Positions 10,006 to 21,000 of a stretch of DNA of 64,000 bases are shown here, in pieces. Each line of letters begins with the position of its first letter. Position 1 is the stretch's first letter. Source of the stretch: an uncultured Chloroflexia bacterium (GTDB taxonomy: Bacteria; Chloroflexota; Limnocylindria; Limnocylindrales; CSP1-4); NCBI GenBank assembly GCA_963752475.1, contig CAVVYR010000008.1:416001-480000 (forward strand). The letters are read 5' to 3'. The position numbers and the translations under genes are program-made. Under the pieces are notes generated by a model. It was not told where the DNA came from. It did not search any database and was given only the letters and a program-made list of their open reading frames with translations.

Positions 10006-11130
10006 ATGCCCGTCCGCACGCTCACGCTCGATGGCTTCCGTAGCTACGAGCACCTCGAGATCGACTTCAGCGACGGTCCCCATGTGGTCGTCGGGCGCAA
10101 CGCTGTTGGCAAGACCAACCTGGTCGAAGCCCTGTTCGTGCTGTCTACCGGTCGCTCGCATCGCAGCAGCGCCGACCCTGAGATGGTCCGCTGGGGCGCG
10201 GACTTCGCGCGCAGCTCGGCGACCGTCGAAGGCGATGGTCGGACCGAGGAGCTGGAGGTCGTGGTCCACGCCAAGAGTGCCGGCAGCGGTGCCCGCAAGC
10301 GCATTCGCGTCAACGGTGTGAACCGCCGGGCGACGGCCCTCCGACAGGTGTTGCGGACGGTCCTCTTCGCGCCCGAAGACATGCTCCTCATCGTGGGCTC
10401 TCCCTCGCTGCGCCGGAACCTGCTCGACGCGCTCGTGGCGCAGCGCGAGCCCACGGCAGCCGCTGTCATGTCCACGTACCAGCGCACGCTCACCCAGCGC
10501 AACTCGCTGTTGCGGCGCATCCGCGAGGACGAGGCCGACCGCGCGGAGCTGCCGTACTGGACGCAGGTCATCCTGGAGAACGGGACTCGCATCCTCGACT
10601 GGCGCCACGAGACCCTCGCGGCCATGGCTGAGCCCCTGGCCGAGGCCCATCGCGAGATCGCGCCCGAGGAGACCGAGCTGCGCCTGCGCTACAGCTCCAA
10701 TGTCGAGCCCCGGGCAGGGGAGTCGAACGAAGGGGCGCTGCGACGCCGGCTGATCGAGACGGCCGAGAAGGAGATCTGGAACGGCGCCACGCTCGTGGGC
10801 CCGCACCGAGACGACTTCGCCTTCGTCTCCGACGGGCGCGAGCTGACCGAGTTCGCCTCACGCGGTCAGCAGCGCACGGCCATCCTGGCCCTCAAGCTGG
10901 CCGAGCTCGATGTGCTCAGCGCGCTTGACGGACGCCCGCCGCTTCTCCTGCTCGACGATGTCTTCAGCGAACTCGATCCTGAGCGCCGCGCGCACCTTGT
11001 ACGCCGCATCGGGGAGCTGCCCCAGACCGTCGTGACCACGACGACGCCGGGCGATCTCGATCCCGCGCTGGTGGCCGCCTCCACGCTCTGGCGGGTCGAG
11101 CCGGGCAGCATCACGCGCGGCAGCGGATGA
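10006..11130 (+). CDS. recF: DNA replication/repair protein RecF
   Basis: GRNAVGKTN Walker A, GPHRDD, SRGQQR, LLLDDVFSELD. Confidence 0.97.
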   Translation: MPVRTLTLDGFRSYEHLEIDFSDGPHVVVGRNAVGKTNLVEALFVLSTGRSHRSSADPEMVRWGADFARSSATVEGDGRTEELEVVVHAKSAGSGARKRIRVNGVNRRATALRQVLRTVLFAPEDMLLIVGSPSLRRNLLDALVAQREPTAAAVMSTYQRTLTQRNSLLRRIREDEADRAELPYWTQVILENGTRILDWRHETLAAMAEPLAEAHREIAPEETELRLRYSSNVEPRAGESNEGALRRRLIETAEKEIWNGATLVGPHRDDFAFVSDGRELTEFASRGQQRTAILALKLAELDVLSALDGRPPLLLLDDVFSELDPERRAHLVRRIGELPQTVVTTTTPGDLDPALVAASTLWRVEPGSITRGSG

Positions 11131-11471
11131 ACACGCGCAAACGGCCCGTCCACCGCCTCGCGGACCTGTTGCCCGGCCTGGCCAGTCAGCTGGGGCTCGG
11201 TGAGGAGCTCGACGCAGCCCGCGCCGTGGCTTCATGGACGCGCATCGTGGAGGAGCTGGTGCCAGCGGCCGCCGGCGCCTCCAGACTGTTGGAGACGCGG
11301 CCCCCGAAGCTCATCGTCTCGGCCGACGACGCAGCCACCGGCCAGGAGCTGCGCTTGCGCTCGTCAGAACTGCTCGAGGCCTTCGCCTCGGCTCCCGGCG
11401 GGCTGCGGCTGCTGGAGCTGCAGGTGGTGGTCCGGAGGCCGTCGAGCGGGGAATCGGCGGAGCCGCGCTAG
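11127..11471 (+). CDS. DciA/DUF721 family protein
   Basis: Overlaps the recF stop codon; W..IV and QELRL...LL pattern; size and position typical of dciA. Confidence 0.7.
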   Translation: MNTRKRPVHRLADLLPGLASQLGLGEELDAARAVASWTRIVEELVPAAAGASRLLETRPPKLIVSADDAATGQELRLRSSELLEAFASAPGGLRLLELQVVVRRPSSGESAEPR

Positions 11472-11483
11472 ACTAGGCCGCCC

Positions 11484-13622
11484 ATGGCTACCCGACTCGA
11501 GATCCAGCATGGTCTGATCAGCGAGCGGGACCGGCTATCGACCTCAGCCGACACCGTCAGCGTCACTCGGCCGTCGACAGGGTCGAAGACACGCTCCAAG
11601 GGCGTGCTCTTCGTCGTCGTCGGCTCGGCCATCCCCGGGCCCAGAGCCCGGGAGGCCACCAAGCTCGTGGCCGAGACCATCCGCCACGAGTACTACTACG
11701 ACGAGTCGGCCGGCGTGCCGGTCTGTCTGGAGAAGGCCGTCAAGGCCGCTGATCGCAGGCTGCGCAGCAGTCGCGAGGGCGCCGGCCTGCCTCCGGGATC
11801 GCTCGGTGTGGCTGCTGCCGTGATTCGCAACAACGAGCTCTACCTCGCCACGCTCGGAGAGGCGGAGGCATATCTCGTGCGCTCGGCACGGTTGCTCATG
11901 CCCGACCGCAGCGCTCCCGTCGGCCTGCCCGGGAGCGATGAGCTCACCGTCGACGTCTGGCGCGGCGAGCTGAGCGTCGGTGACGGTCTGCTCCTGGTGG
12001 CTCGCAACATGACCGAGACCGTGGGCACCGAGGAGCTCAAGAGCGCCGTGCTCACGCTCCATCCACAGGCTGCCGTGGAACACCTCCACCACCTCTTCGT
12101 GGCCACCGGCGGTGCCGGCTCCGACGGCCTCATCGTGGTCGAGGCCAAGGAACAGACATCACGCGTGCAGGCGCGCGCCACCGCGCCCGTTGGCGACGCC
12201 TATGGCGACCTCCCCGGCGTCATGCCCGAGCCTGTCGGCGGGGCCGTCGGGTCGGCCATGCTCGGGGTGCGCGACGGCCTCGACGGCATCCGTGACCGCT
12301 TCTGGAACCTCATGCCCCGTCGCCGCACCAAGGCTCATGAGGTCAACGCCGTACACTCGCGCGCCGAGACCCGCCGCCGCGCGGCCATGGGGCTGCTGGC
12401 GCTGGTCGCGGTCGTCTTCGTGGTCGGTGTCGTATTGGCCCTCGTGCCTCGCGGAGCCGATGTCCGTGATGTGGGCCAGATCGCCGGCAGCGATAGCGCC
12501 CTGGGTACGGCCCTCGATGCTGCCAACCGAGCCGACAACCTGCTCCAGACCGAGCCGGGCACCGCCCTCGAGTACTACCGCGAGGCGTGGGCGGAGATCG
12601 AGCGAGCCCGGGCCACTGGCCTCAGCGCCGCTGCGCTCGATGAGCTCGAGGGCCGCGTGAGCTCCGGCCTCGACGGGATCTACAACGCCAAACCGGTCAA
12701 GGTCACCCGTCTGGCCAAGCTGCCCAACGGGCTCGACCCGGCCTATCTCGTGAGCGACGACCGTGGTGGCGCGGTCTACCTCGACCAGGCCGACGGTTCG
12801 GTCTACCGAGCGAACCTCAAGAACGGCAAGTCGGCCAACATCGTGAAAGCCGGGGACAAGGCCAGCGGCGGCAAGACCATCGGCACGCCCACGCAACTGG
12901 CGGTCGCCGACTACGTGATCGTCGTCGACGACAAGGGCCGACCCTTCCGCTGGAGCCCCTCGAACTCCGCTGGTGCCGGCACCCTCGCCAAGATCAACAT
13001 CCGTGGCCGCGCCGGCTTCGAGGCCGACCACGGCGACATCGAGGCCTACAAGCCGCCGGTTGGCAACTACCGCATGTACGTTGCCGAGCCTTCGCTCAAC
13101 CAGATCATGAAGTACAGCCAGGACTTCGACGGCAGTTCCTTCGCCGCGCCGGCTCCATGGCTTTCGTCGGCCAGCTCGGAGGTGGCCAACATCGACCAGC
13201 TCTACATCGACTTCGACATGTACACCCTGTTCGACGACACACTTCGGCGCTACGTGGCGGGCAAGTGGGACGGCAGCTTCAGCCTCGCCGAGCTGCCCGA
13301 TGATGGTGACCTGCGGCCCGGCCACGACTACCGCATGATCGACGGTTCCGGCTCGGACAGCTCCATGGGGCGTGCCTACCTCTACGACGCCAAGCACGCT
13401 CGCATCGTCGGCTTCGACAAGATCGACGGCAGCTACCTTGGGCAGTGGTACCCCAAGGATGACGGCACACAGATGGATGACGTCCGTGGCATGTACGTCA
13501 TCTCCGGCGGCCTCAACGCCAAGAAGACCAAGCGCAAGCCGGACCAGCTCGTGTGGCTCACGTCCGACGGCATCTTCCGCACCACGCTCGCGGTCGGCAC
13601 CACCGAGGATGCTTCCGCCTGA
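11484..13622 (+). CDS. Bitopic membrane protein: PP2C-like N-domain (degenerate), TM helix, extracellular beta-rich domain
   Basis: LFVVVG, ELYLATLGEAEAYLVR and GDGLLLV PP2C-like fold; hydrophobic helix after RRR; propeller-like YVAEP/YLYD segments. Confidence 0.65.
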   Translation: MATRLEIQHGLISERDRLSTSADTVSVTRPSTGSKTRSKGVLFVVVGSAIPGPRAREATKLVAETIRHEYYYDESAGVPVCLEKAVKAADRRLRSSREGAGLPPGSLGVAAAVIRNNELYLATLGEAEAYLVRSARLLMPDRSAPVGLPGSDELTVDVWRGELSVGDGLLLVARNMTETVGTEELKSAVLTLHPQAAVEHLHHLFVATGGAGSDGLIVVEAKEQTSRVQARATAPVGDAYGDLPGVMPEPVGGAVGSAMLGVRDGLDGIRDRFWNLMPRRRTKAHEVNAVHSRAETRRRAAMGLLALVAVVFVVGVVLALVPRGADVRDVGQIAGSDSALGTALDAANRADNLLQTEPGTALEYYREAWAEIERARATGLSAAALDELEGRVSSGLDGIYNAKPVKVTRLAKLPNGLDPAYLVSDDRGGAVYLDQADGSVYRANLKNGKSANIVKAGDKASGGKTIGTPTQLAVADYVIVVDDKGRPFRWSPSNSAGAGTLAKINIRGRAGFEADHGDIEAYKPPVGNYRMYVAEPSLNQIMKYSQDFDGSSFAAPAPWLSSASSEVANIDQLYIDFDMYTLFDDTLRRYVAGKWDGSFSLAELPDDGDLRPGHDYRMIDGSGSDSSMGRAYLYDAKHARIVGFDKIDGSYLGQWYPKDDGTQMDDVRGMYVISGGLNAKKTKRKPDQLVWLTSDGIFRTTLAVGTTEDASA

Positions 13623-13653
13623 TCGTCGTCGTCGGCGCGGCTAGAATCGGCTC

Positions 13654-14244
13654 ATGACCGAGGCAACACGAGAGATGGTGGTCGAGAGCGTGCGCGTGCA
13701 CATGCTCTCTTCGCAGCACGTGGTCATCCTGCGTGAGGCCGATGCCGAGCGCTACCTGCCCATCTGGATCGGCTCGTGGGAGGCGCAGTCGATCGCGATG
13801 CGCCTGCAGGGCGTGGAGGCCGAACGCCCGCTGACGCACGACCTGCTCACGACGATGCTCACCGAGCTCGGCGCGACGGTCCGCAGCATCGTCGTCTCCG
13901 ACCTCGCCGACGAGACCTTCCGGGCCCGGATCGTGCTCGTATCGGGTGGCGATGACTTCGAGATCGACGCCCGACCGAGTGACGCCATCGCGCTCGCGGT
14001 GCGCACGTCCGCCCCCATCTTCGCCACCGACGCCGTGCTCGACCGGGCCGGCGTCATGCCCGAGGCCGATGAAGATGAGAAGCTCAGCGTCTTCCGCGAG
14101 TTCGTGAACTCGCTGGAGGGCGAGACGCCGCCAGGGAGGGGCACGTTACCGTCCGACGATGCCGACGTGCTCGGTCCGCCCGATGATGAGGACGACCGTC
14201 CGCTCGACGATCGCCTGGGCGATGGACCCGAGGGCCGTCGCTAG
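13654..14244 (+). CDS. Bifunctional nuclease family protein (DUF151)
   Basis: LPIWIG..EA, RPLTHDL, IDARPSDAIALA motifs. Confidence 0.92.
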   Translation: MTEATREMVVESVRVHMLSSQHVVILREADAERYLPIWIGSWEAQSIAMRLQGVEAERPLTHDLLTTMLTELGATVRSIVVSDLADETFRARIVLVSGGDDFEIDARPSDAIALAVRTSAPIFATDAVLDRAGVMPEADEDEKLSVFREFVNSLEGETPPGRGTLPSDDADVLGPPDDEDDRPLDDRLGDGPEGRR

Positions 14245-15044
14245 GTCCCGCTCGGGCCTTCGAGGACGGGCTCACCGCGCCCCAGGGTGCCTTCCCTGCC
14301 GGCCCATAGTCGCAGCCGCAGGGACCAGAAGTCGCGGACCGCGCGGAGTACCACACGTGGATCGGCCCCGGAGGCCTCCCCGGCCGTGCGTGGGTAGTGC
14401 GGCACGCCCTGCTCCACGATGACACCGCCCCGCTCGCCGATCTTGATCAGCAGTTCAGCCGAGAGGAAGGCGCCACCCGACTCGACGCTCACGCCCTCGA
14501 GCGCCTCGCGGCGGAAGAGCTTGCATGCGCAGTCGGGGTCCTGCACGCGGAGCCCGAAGAAGACCCGCAAAGCGGCTCGGTAGATGCGGGCATAGGCGAG
14601 GCGGATGGCGGGGTCGGCACGCTCGATGCGATAGCCCGCCACCACGTCAGGCACTCGACCGTCGGCGTCTGCCGCATCGAGTCGCGCCGTCAGGCGGCCA
14701 AGATCGGCGACCCTGAACTGGCGATCGCCATCGGTGAAGCAGACCAGCGCGTAGCGGGCGGCGGCGAGGCCGGAACGTACCGCGGCACCGTAGCCACGGT
14801 TGTGGGGATGATGGACGGCACGCACGACGCCGGGATGGGCCGCCGCGAGGCGATCAGCGATCTCACCGGTGCCGTCGCTGCTTCCGTCGTCCACCGCGAT
14901 GATCTCGAAGCGATCGGCGATCTCACCGAGGTCGGCCAGCGCCTCTTCGACGAGCGCCTCGATGTTCTCAGCCTCGTTGTGGGCCGGGAAGAAATAGCTC
15001 AGAGCCTCGACCTTGGCGGGCGTGGTTTCGGGGGCGGCGGTCAT
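14241..15044 (-). CDS. GT2 glycosyltransferase, polyprenol-phosphate sugar synthase-like
   Basis: PAHNE, VDDGSSDGT, NRGYGAA, DGDRQ, DPDCACKLFRR motifs. Confidence 0.9.
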   Translation of the reverse strand: MTAAPETTPAKVEALSYFFPAHNEAENIEALVEEALADLGEIADRFEIIAVDDGSSDGTGEIADRLAAAHPGVVRAVHHPHNRGYGAAVRSGLAAARYALVCFTDGDRQFRVADLGRLTARLDAADADGRVPDVVAGYRIERADPAIRLAYARIYRAALRVFFGLRVQDPDCACKLFRREALEGVSVESGGAFLSAELLIKIGERGGVIVEQGVPHYPRTAGEASGADPRVVLRAVRDFWSLRLRLWAGREGTLGRGEPVLEGPSGT

Positions 15045-15080
15045 GCGGTCAGGATCTCGCGTCGCGGAGTGCACTGGACA

Positions 15081-16625
15081 TCATCGAACCGTACCTTCGG
15101 ATAGCACCCGGAACATCTCCATGGGTACATCCGCTACCGGCACGAGCAGATAGTCCCGCTCCAGGGTCTCGAGGTCGCGATCGCGACGGATCACGTAGAC
15201 GGGCCGCTCACCGAGGTGGGCCTCGACCGCACCGACCGTGCTCCCGTAGCCCTCGTCGAGGACAACGCGATCGTCGATGACGGTCACGTCAGGTCGGCGT
15301 CCCTCGACGTGTTGGCCGTACCACAGCGGCGTGGAGTACGACCACCAGGAGATGATCACGGCGTCGGGTTCGACCACCTCGAACGTGGACTCGACGATGA
15401 GTCGGCCGCGCGTGTCGTGGCTGAGATCCAGGAGCGCGTAGCGACCGAACGCGGGTGCGATGGCCAACAGCAGCAGGCCCAGCACGAGCGCGCCGGCGCC
15501 CAGGCGGTAGGCCAGGGCCTGGCCGCTCCGCTCGAGCAGGTCGCGCAACGCGTCCCAGATGGCATCGGCCGCCAGGCCGAGCGTCAGCGCGGCCACCAGC
15601 AGCGGCACCAGGTAGTAGCGCTCGATGGCGGCGTTGGGGTAACCGAACGCGAAGATCCAGGTGCACACGAACCAGACCAGCCCGAGCGTCGTGAGACGGG
15701 GATGTCTGAGCAGGCCCAACGGCAGTCCCACGAGGGCCAGGATGGCCAGCACGCCGAAGTTGCGCACGAGCTCGCTCCAGATGCCGTCGATCAGCTCCCC
15801 CAGCGGCGGCAGGGTTCCGAACGAGCCCTGGAACTGCTCGCCCAGCACGACGTACCAGAAGCCGTCCCAGGTGCTCGGATCCGCGTACATCAGGGCTGGG
15901 TCCATGGCCGCGCGGATCGGCAGGTAGAGGTAGACCACGAGCGCGGTCAGGGCCAGCACGGCTGTGCAGATCAGCACCAGCCGGGTCTGCTGCCACAGGA
16001 TCGGCGGGGCGACCAGGAGCACGAAGAGCGCGATGCCCGGCGCCAACAGCATGGTCAAGGCGTGGTTGCCGAGGGAGAAGCCGTAGACCGCCCCGGCCGC
16101 CACCAGCCATCGCGCGCCCGCACCTGGTCGGACCTGCTCGAGCTGCTGCCAGCGACCCAGCAGCACCAGCAACGTGGCCGCGAGGAAGACGTGGAGGGCA
16201 TGGGGGTCGGCCCGCAGGCCCCAGCGCCAGGCCACGGGCGTGAGCACGAAGATGAGTCCGACCGCGAGGCCCAGCGGCCAGCGGCGCGTGGCCATGACGG
16301 TGCGCACCGCCAGCAGCGCACCGGCGCCGGCCATGAGCAGTGCTGCCAGCAGGTCCGCCCGGTAGGCCTCGTTGCCGAAGGGTTGCAGCACCACCGAAGC
16401 CAGCCACAGCAGGAGCGTGTAGCTGGGATAGCCCGTCGGGTGCGCTGTGCCCAGCACGGGCCCCAGCGCCTGGAACTCGGCGGTGTCCCAGATGCCCACG
16501 TCGGGCAGCAACGTGGCCAGGTACAGCCCCAGTGCGACCACGAAGACGGGCACCGCCGCGAGGGCGTAGCGGGACGCCCGTGATCCCGCCGGTACCGTCG
16601 CTACCACCCCAACGTGACGCCCCAA
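15081..16625 (-). CDS. DUF2723/TMEM260-like GT-C glycosyltransferase (start uncertain)
   Basis: WDTAEFQ and AHPTGYPSY motifs, GNH, many TM helices. Confidence 0.8.
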   Translation of the reverse strand: MGRHVGVVATVPAGSRASRYALAAVPVFVVALGLYLATLLPDVGIWDTAEFQALGPVLGTAHPTGYPSYTLLLWLASVVLQPFGNEAYRADLLAALLMAGAGALLAVRTVMATRRWPLGLAVGLIFVLTPVAWRWGLRADPHALHVFLAATLLVLLGRWQQLEQVRPGAGARWLVAAGAVYGFSLGNHALTMLLAPGIALFVLLVAPPILWQQTRLVLICTAVLALTALVVYLYLPIRAAMDPALMYADPSTWDGFWYVVLGEQFQGSFGTLPPLGELIDGIWSELVRNFGVLAILALVGLPLGLLRHPRLTTLGLVWFVCTWIFAFGYPNAAIERYYLVPLLVAALTLGLAADAIWDALRDLLERSGQALAYRLGAGALVLGLLLLAIAPAFGRYALLDLSHDTRGRLIVESTFEVVEPDAVIISWWSYSTPLWYGQHVEGRRPDVTVIDDRVVLDEGYGSTVGAVEAHLGERPVYVIRRDRDLETLERDYLLVPVADVPMEMFRVLSEGTVR

Positions 16626-17977
16626 TAGACGCCCCAGGCGTTGATGGCGATCGACAGCGCGACCAGTGCGATCGAGAGCCAGCCCGAGCGCAGGCGCGCG
16701 ATGCCGAGGGCCACGAGCACGATGGCGAAGGGCGCGAAGTCGTTGCTGAAGCGATAGCCGAACTGGACCCAGCCCTGGCTGAAGTGCATGAGGTCAGCGG
16801 TCGCCACTGCCAGTACCGCCAGCGCCGCACCGGCCACGATTCGTCGGCGCCAGTCGTAGAGCAGGGCCGGCAGGGCCAGCAGATAGGCCGGGCTGGTGAG
16901 TAGCAGGCTCATGCCCAGCGCGTCAGGGCGCAGGACCGGGCACTCTCGATCCCACAGCGAGCCCAGGGTGATGGGCTCCAGCGCACATCGCGGATCGTCG
17001 AAGAGCGGCATCTGCGGCAGCTGGCCCAGCATGATGGCCAGGTTCTGGGGGATGTAGCGGAGATCCTCCGCGGCCCAGTCGGTGTTGACCGTCGCGCCCG
17101 GCGGTCGGTACTCGTTCTCGTACAGGTAGTCGTAGGCGGGGTGGAAGAGCTCGCCCGTGGTGGCGACGTTGTAGCCCAGCAGGAGCAACACCGGGATGAG
17201 CGCACCGACCCCGGCGGCCACAGCCCGATCGAGCCAGCCGCGGCCGCCGCCGACGAAGACGAAGAAGGGCGCGGCCATGACCGTCGTGAGCCGGGTGGTG
17301 ACGGCAAGGCCGAAGGCGAGCCCGGCCGCGAACTGGCGCCTGACGGTCCGCGAATGACGAGCGGCCTTGATGCGCACGGCGGCGGTGTCCGCCCGAACCG
17401 CCAGGGTGATGGCGATGAAGAGGAAGGTCGAGGCCAGGACGTGGGCCAGGAACCAGGTCGTGCCCAGCATGGCCGCGTACCAGGCGACCGAGCCGAAGGC
17501 ATAGAAGAGCGTGGCCAGCAGCGCCGCCGAGCGCCTGGGTGTGACGTGCAGCAGCATCGTCCAGCAGAGCACGACGTTGATCGCGCCGAGCACCGCGGCG
17601 ACCGCGGCCCCGTTGGTGCCCAGACCCCACGCGGCCACGAACGGCAGGAGCACGATCGCCGGGAGCGGCGGGAAGGGGATCTGCCCGCGGTCCGAGGAGA
17701 CGGGCAGGACATCCTGGAAGTGGCCGTTGCGATAGGGCCCCTCGGTGACCGGGTACTCGATCTCGGTCCGACCCTCGAGGAAGGCCTGTGCCTGCCACAC
17801 GAAGTGGTCGTAGTGATCGGGGCGAGCAGGGTTCGAGGCGAGGTAGACGACGAGCCCGAGGAAGAACAGCCCGACCGCGATCCACAGTGGGTCGAGGCGC
17901 CAGAGCCAGGTCTCGATGTGGGCGCCGGGACCGGACTCGAGGGGCGGCGCGTCGGGAGCGGCGGCGTCGGTCGGCAT
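16601..17977 (-). CDS. GT-C-type integral membrane protein, putative glycosyltransferase
   Basis: First loop with QAQAFLEGR...PFPPLPA, about 10 TM helices, QFGYRF near the C-terminus. Confidence 0.65.
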   Translation of the reverse strand: MPTDAAAPDAPPLESGPGAHIETWLWRLDPLWIAVGLFFLGLVVYLASNPARPDHYDHFVWQAQAFLEGRTEIEYPVTEGPYRNGHFQDVLPVSSDRGQIPFPPLPAIVLLPFVAAWGLGTNGAAVAAVLGAINVVLCWTMLLHVTPRRSAALLATLFYAFGSVAWYAAMLGTTWFLAHVLASTFLFIAITLAVRADTAAVRIKAARHSRTVRRQFAAGLAFGLAVTTRLTTVMAAPFFVFVGGGRGWLDRAVAAGVGALIPVLLLLGYNVATTGELFHPAYDYLYENEYRPPGATVNTDWAAEDLRYIPQNLAIMLGQLPQMPLFDDPRCALEPITLGSLWDRECPVLRPDALGMSLLLTSPAYLLALPALLYDWRRRIVAGAALAVLAVATADLMHFSQGWVQFGYRFSNDFAPFAIVLVALGIARLRSGWLSIALVALSIAINAWGVYWGVTLGW

Positions 17978-18029
17978 GCTCGAGCCAAACTACCGCACCC
18001 TCCGCTCGGGGGTCGTGCCGGGGTCCCGT

Positions 18030-18038
18030 TGCTATACT
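18030..18038 (+). promoter_or_regulatory. Extended -10 promoter TGcTATACT
   Basis: Upstream of the CAGGAGG RBS and GTG 18081. Confidence 0.55.
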
Positions 18039-18080
18039 CGCGCCACTCTCAACGCTTTCCCAGGAGGCAGGACGTCGTCG

Positions 18081-21000
18081 GTGACTTCTACCCCGGTGGG
18101 TGGGGTCGGCCGTAGCCCCGGAGAGCCGGTCCGCCGCCTGTCCACGCTCGCTCTGAGCCCCGCCATCCTCGTCCTGCTGCTCGCAGGCCTGCTCTTGCGT
18201 CTGCTGGTGGCGTACGTCCTCTTCCCCGGCTCCGGCTTCGAGTCCGACCTGGCCTCCTACGCCTCCTGGGCCGACTCGATGGCCGAGTTCGGGCCGTGGG
18301 GCTTCTACGACAACGCCGGCTTCGCCGACTATCCCCCGGCGTACCTCTATGTCCTCTGGCTGGTGGGCTCGTTGTCGAGCGCGGCGGTCGGCGCCGCCGA
18401 TCTCATCAAGCTGCCGCCGATGCTGCTCGATGTCGCGGTGGCCTACGTCATCTTCCGGCTCGTGCGCGGCTGGACCTGGCCGGCCGCGCGCAGCGAGGCG
18501 CAAGCGCTGGCTGCGGCCGCGCTCTACCTCTTCAACCCCGTGGCCTTCTACGACTCGGCGCTGTGGGGCCAGACGGACGCCGCCGGCGCCCTGGTGGTAC
18601 TGCTCGGTCTCGCCGCGCTCATCCGCGGCAACAGCGAGGGTGCCGCCGCGCTGGCCGCGCTGGCCGCGCTGGTCAAACCGCAGTTCGGCGTCGTGCTCAT
18701 CCCCATCGTGGCTGCGGTGCTGCTCAAGCGGCACCTCTTGCGCAGCGGTTCGGGACCGCGTCACCGGCCGTGGGCGCCGGCGGGGCTGGCGCGGTGGCTC
18801 GGATCTCACCAGGGGCCCGTACGCCTGCTGACCTCTCTGCTGTTGGCCCTCGGCGCCTTCTACCTGGTAGTCCTGCCCTTCGGCTTCGGCCTCGACCATG
18901 AGCCGGCGGCAGACCCGCTCCTGGTGTCGATCGTCGAGGCCTTCGAGGGGCTCCCCCAGGCGTTCTCAGTGTGGCCGCTGGCGGTGATCGAGTACCTCGA
19001 GCGCATGTTCGGCACGGCAGGTGGCTACGGCTACCTCACCGTCAACGCGTTCAACGCCTGGGCCCTGGTGGGTGTCGATGGCGGGCCCTCGCTGGCCGAG
19101 GCCCTGCGCTGGAGCGACGACTCCATCAGGCTCGTCGGGCCTATCCCGGGCGTGATCATCGGTGCCGTCCTGCTCGTGGCCGGCTTCCTCTGGGGCGTCG
19201 GGCGCGCGGCCATCCGCGACGACCGCTGGACGCTCATCGTGGCCGTGACGTTCCTGGCCATCGCCTTCTTCATCCTGCCCACGCGCGTCCACGAGCGCTA
19301 CATCTTCCCGGCCGTCGCGCTGATGCCCCTGCTGGCCGTGGTCAGCGGCCGCTGGGCGTTGGCCCTGTTGCTCCTGAGCGCGGGTGCCTTCATCAACATG
19401 CACGGCATCCTGACGCTGCCGCTCTACGGCACCGCCAACATCGAGACGCTGCCGCTCGGTGAGTGGTTCCGCACGTCGCCGCTGATCACCCTTTCCGCGG
19501 TACTGCAGACGGGTGTCGGCCTGTGGGTCGCGGCGCAACTGCGACCGAGCCTGCACACCAGCCCCGACGCCTTCGAGCGAGGCGCTCGAGCTTCGCTGTC
19601 GCCACCGCTCGAGACCGCTTCCGCGCCGACCGGCTTCGCCCCACCGCCTCCGGCCGGTGCCTCTGACGACGCTACGTCCGGCGGGACTATCCGGCCGAGC
19701 CTGCTCGACCACCTCGTTGCCAGGCTCTCGTGGGGTTCGCTGCGGCGCGACCGCAGTGCCTTGCTGCGCAGGGAGCCCGGTGGGCGCATCGATCGCGTGG
19801 ACCTGCTCGTGCTCGTCGTGCTCGTCGTGCTCACGCTCACGCTGCGTGGCTACCGCCTGGACCAGCCCGTGCGCATGTACTTCGACGAGGTCTACCACGC
19901 GCGCACCGCCACCGAGTTCCTGCAGCACTGGGAGTACGGCGAGCCGCACGACATCTACGAGTTCACGCACCCGCACCTGGCCAAGTACGCCATGGCCTGG
20001 GGCATCCGCGTCGCTGGTGGCAACGAACTCACCGGCACCGCCGACCTGGACATGACCGCGAAGGACGCGGCCATCGAGCGGCGCTGGGCCCCCGAGGGCG
20101 ACCCCGACCGTCGCCATGGTGACCGCCTCTACGTGGCGGGTGGGGATCAGCTCGGCGTCTACGACCTGGCCACGCGTGAGTTGGTCGCCAGGATCCCGCT
20201 CGCGGCAGAGGCTGTGGCGGTCGACGAGCAAGCTCACCAGTTGTACCTGGCCGATCCTGCCGGCCGCCTCTCTCGCATCGACACGACCTGGCTCGATGCG
20301 CTGCGCGACGGGGCTGAGACCGCCCCATCGGCCATCGCCGACGCAGCGACCGCGTTCTCCTTCGGGCCGGGGGCGCCGGTCCAGCAGTTGCTGGTCACCG
20401 ACAACTCGCTGGTGGCCGTGACGCTGGGCTCGATCACCACCTTCGAACGCGAGAGCGGGGAGCTGCTCTCCGAGCGCTTCGCGGTCGGCATCGAGGACGT
20501 GATCGAGCTGCCCTGGACCGAGCGGCTCATCCTCGACACGCGCCAGATCGACGATCGCGAGGGCACGGCCTCTGTCCTGGCCGAGGCCTTGGCCCAGGAT
20601 GCAGACGACATCGAGGAGGTGCTCTCCCGCGACGGCTACGTGACGCTCGCAGCGTGGCTCGAAGGCGAAACGACCGAGACCATCAGCGGCTACATCGAGA
20701 CCGGCGTCTTGACGGGCGCCGAGTTCGAATCGGCGCCGCTTCTGGCGGTGGCCGATACCGCCGGCATAGACGTGCTCGACGCCTGGGGCCTCGACTTGCT
20801 CGATCACATCCCCACCGACGAGCCCGCCACGTCGCTGGCGCTGGCCAACCCCGACGATTCCGAGCCCACGCTCTACGCCACGGCCGGCGAGAGCATCGAG
20901 ACCGTGCGCGTCAGCGACGACGGCCTGGCCATCCCCGACACGGTGTGGATGCCGGGTGCTGTGCGCGACCTGGCCTGGAATGAGCCCGCGGAGCTGATGC

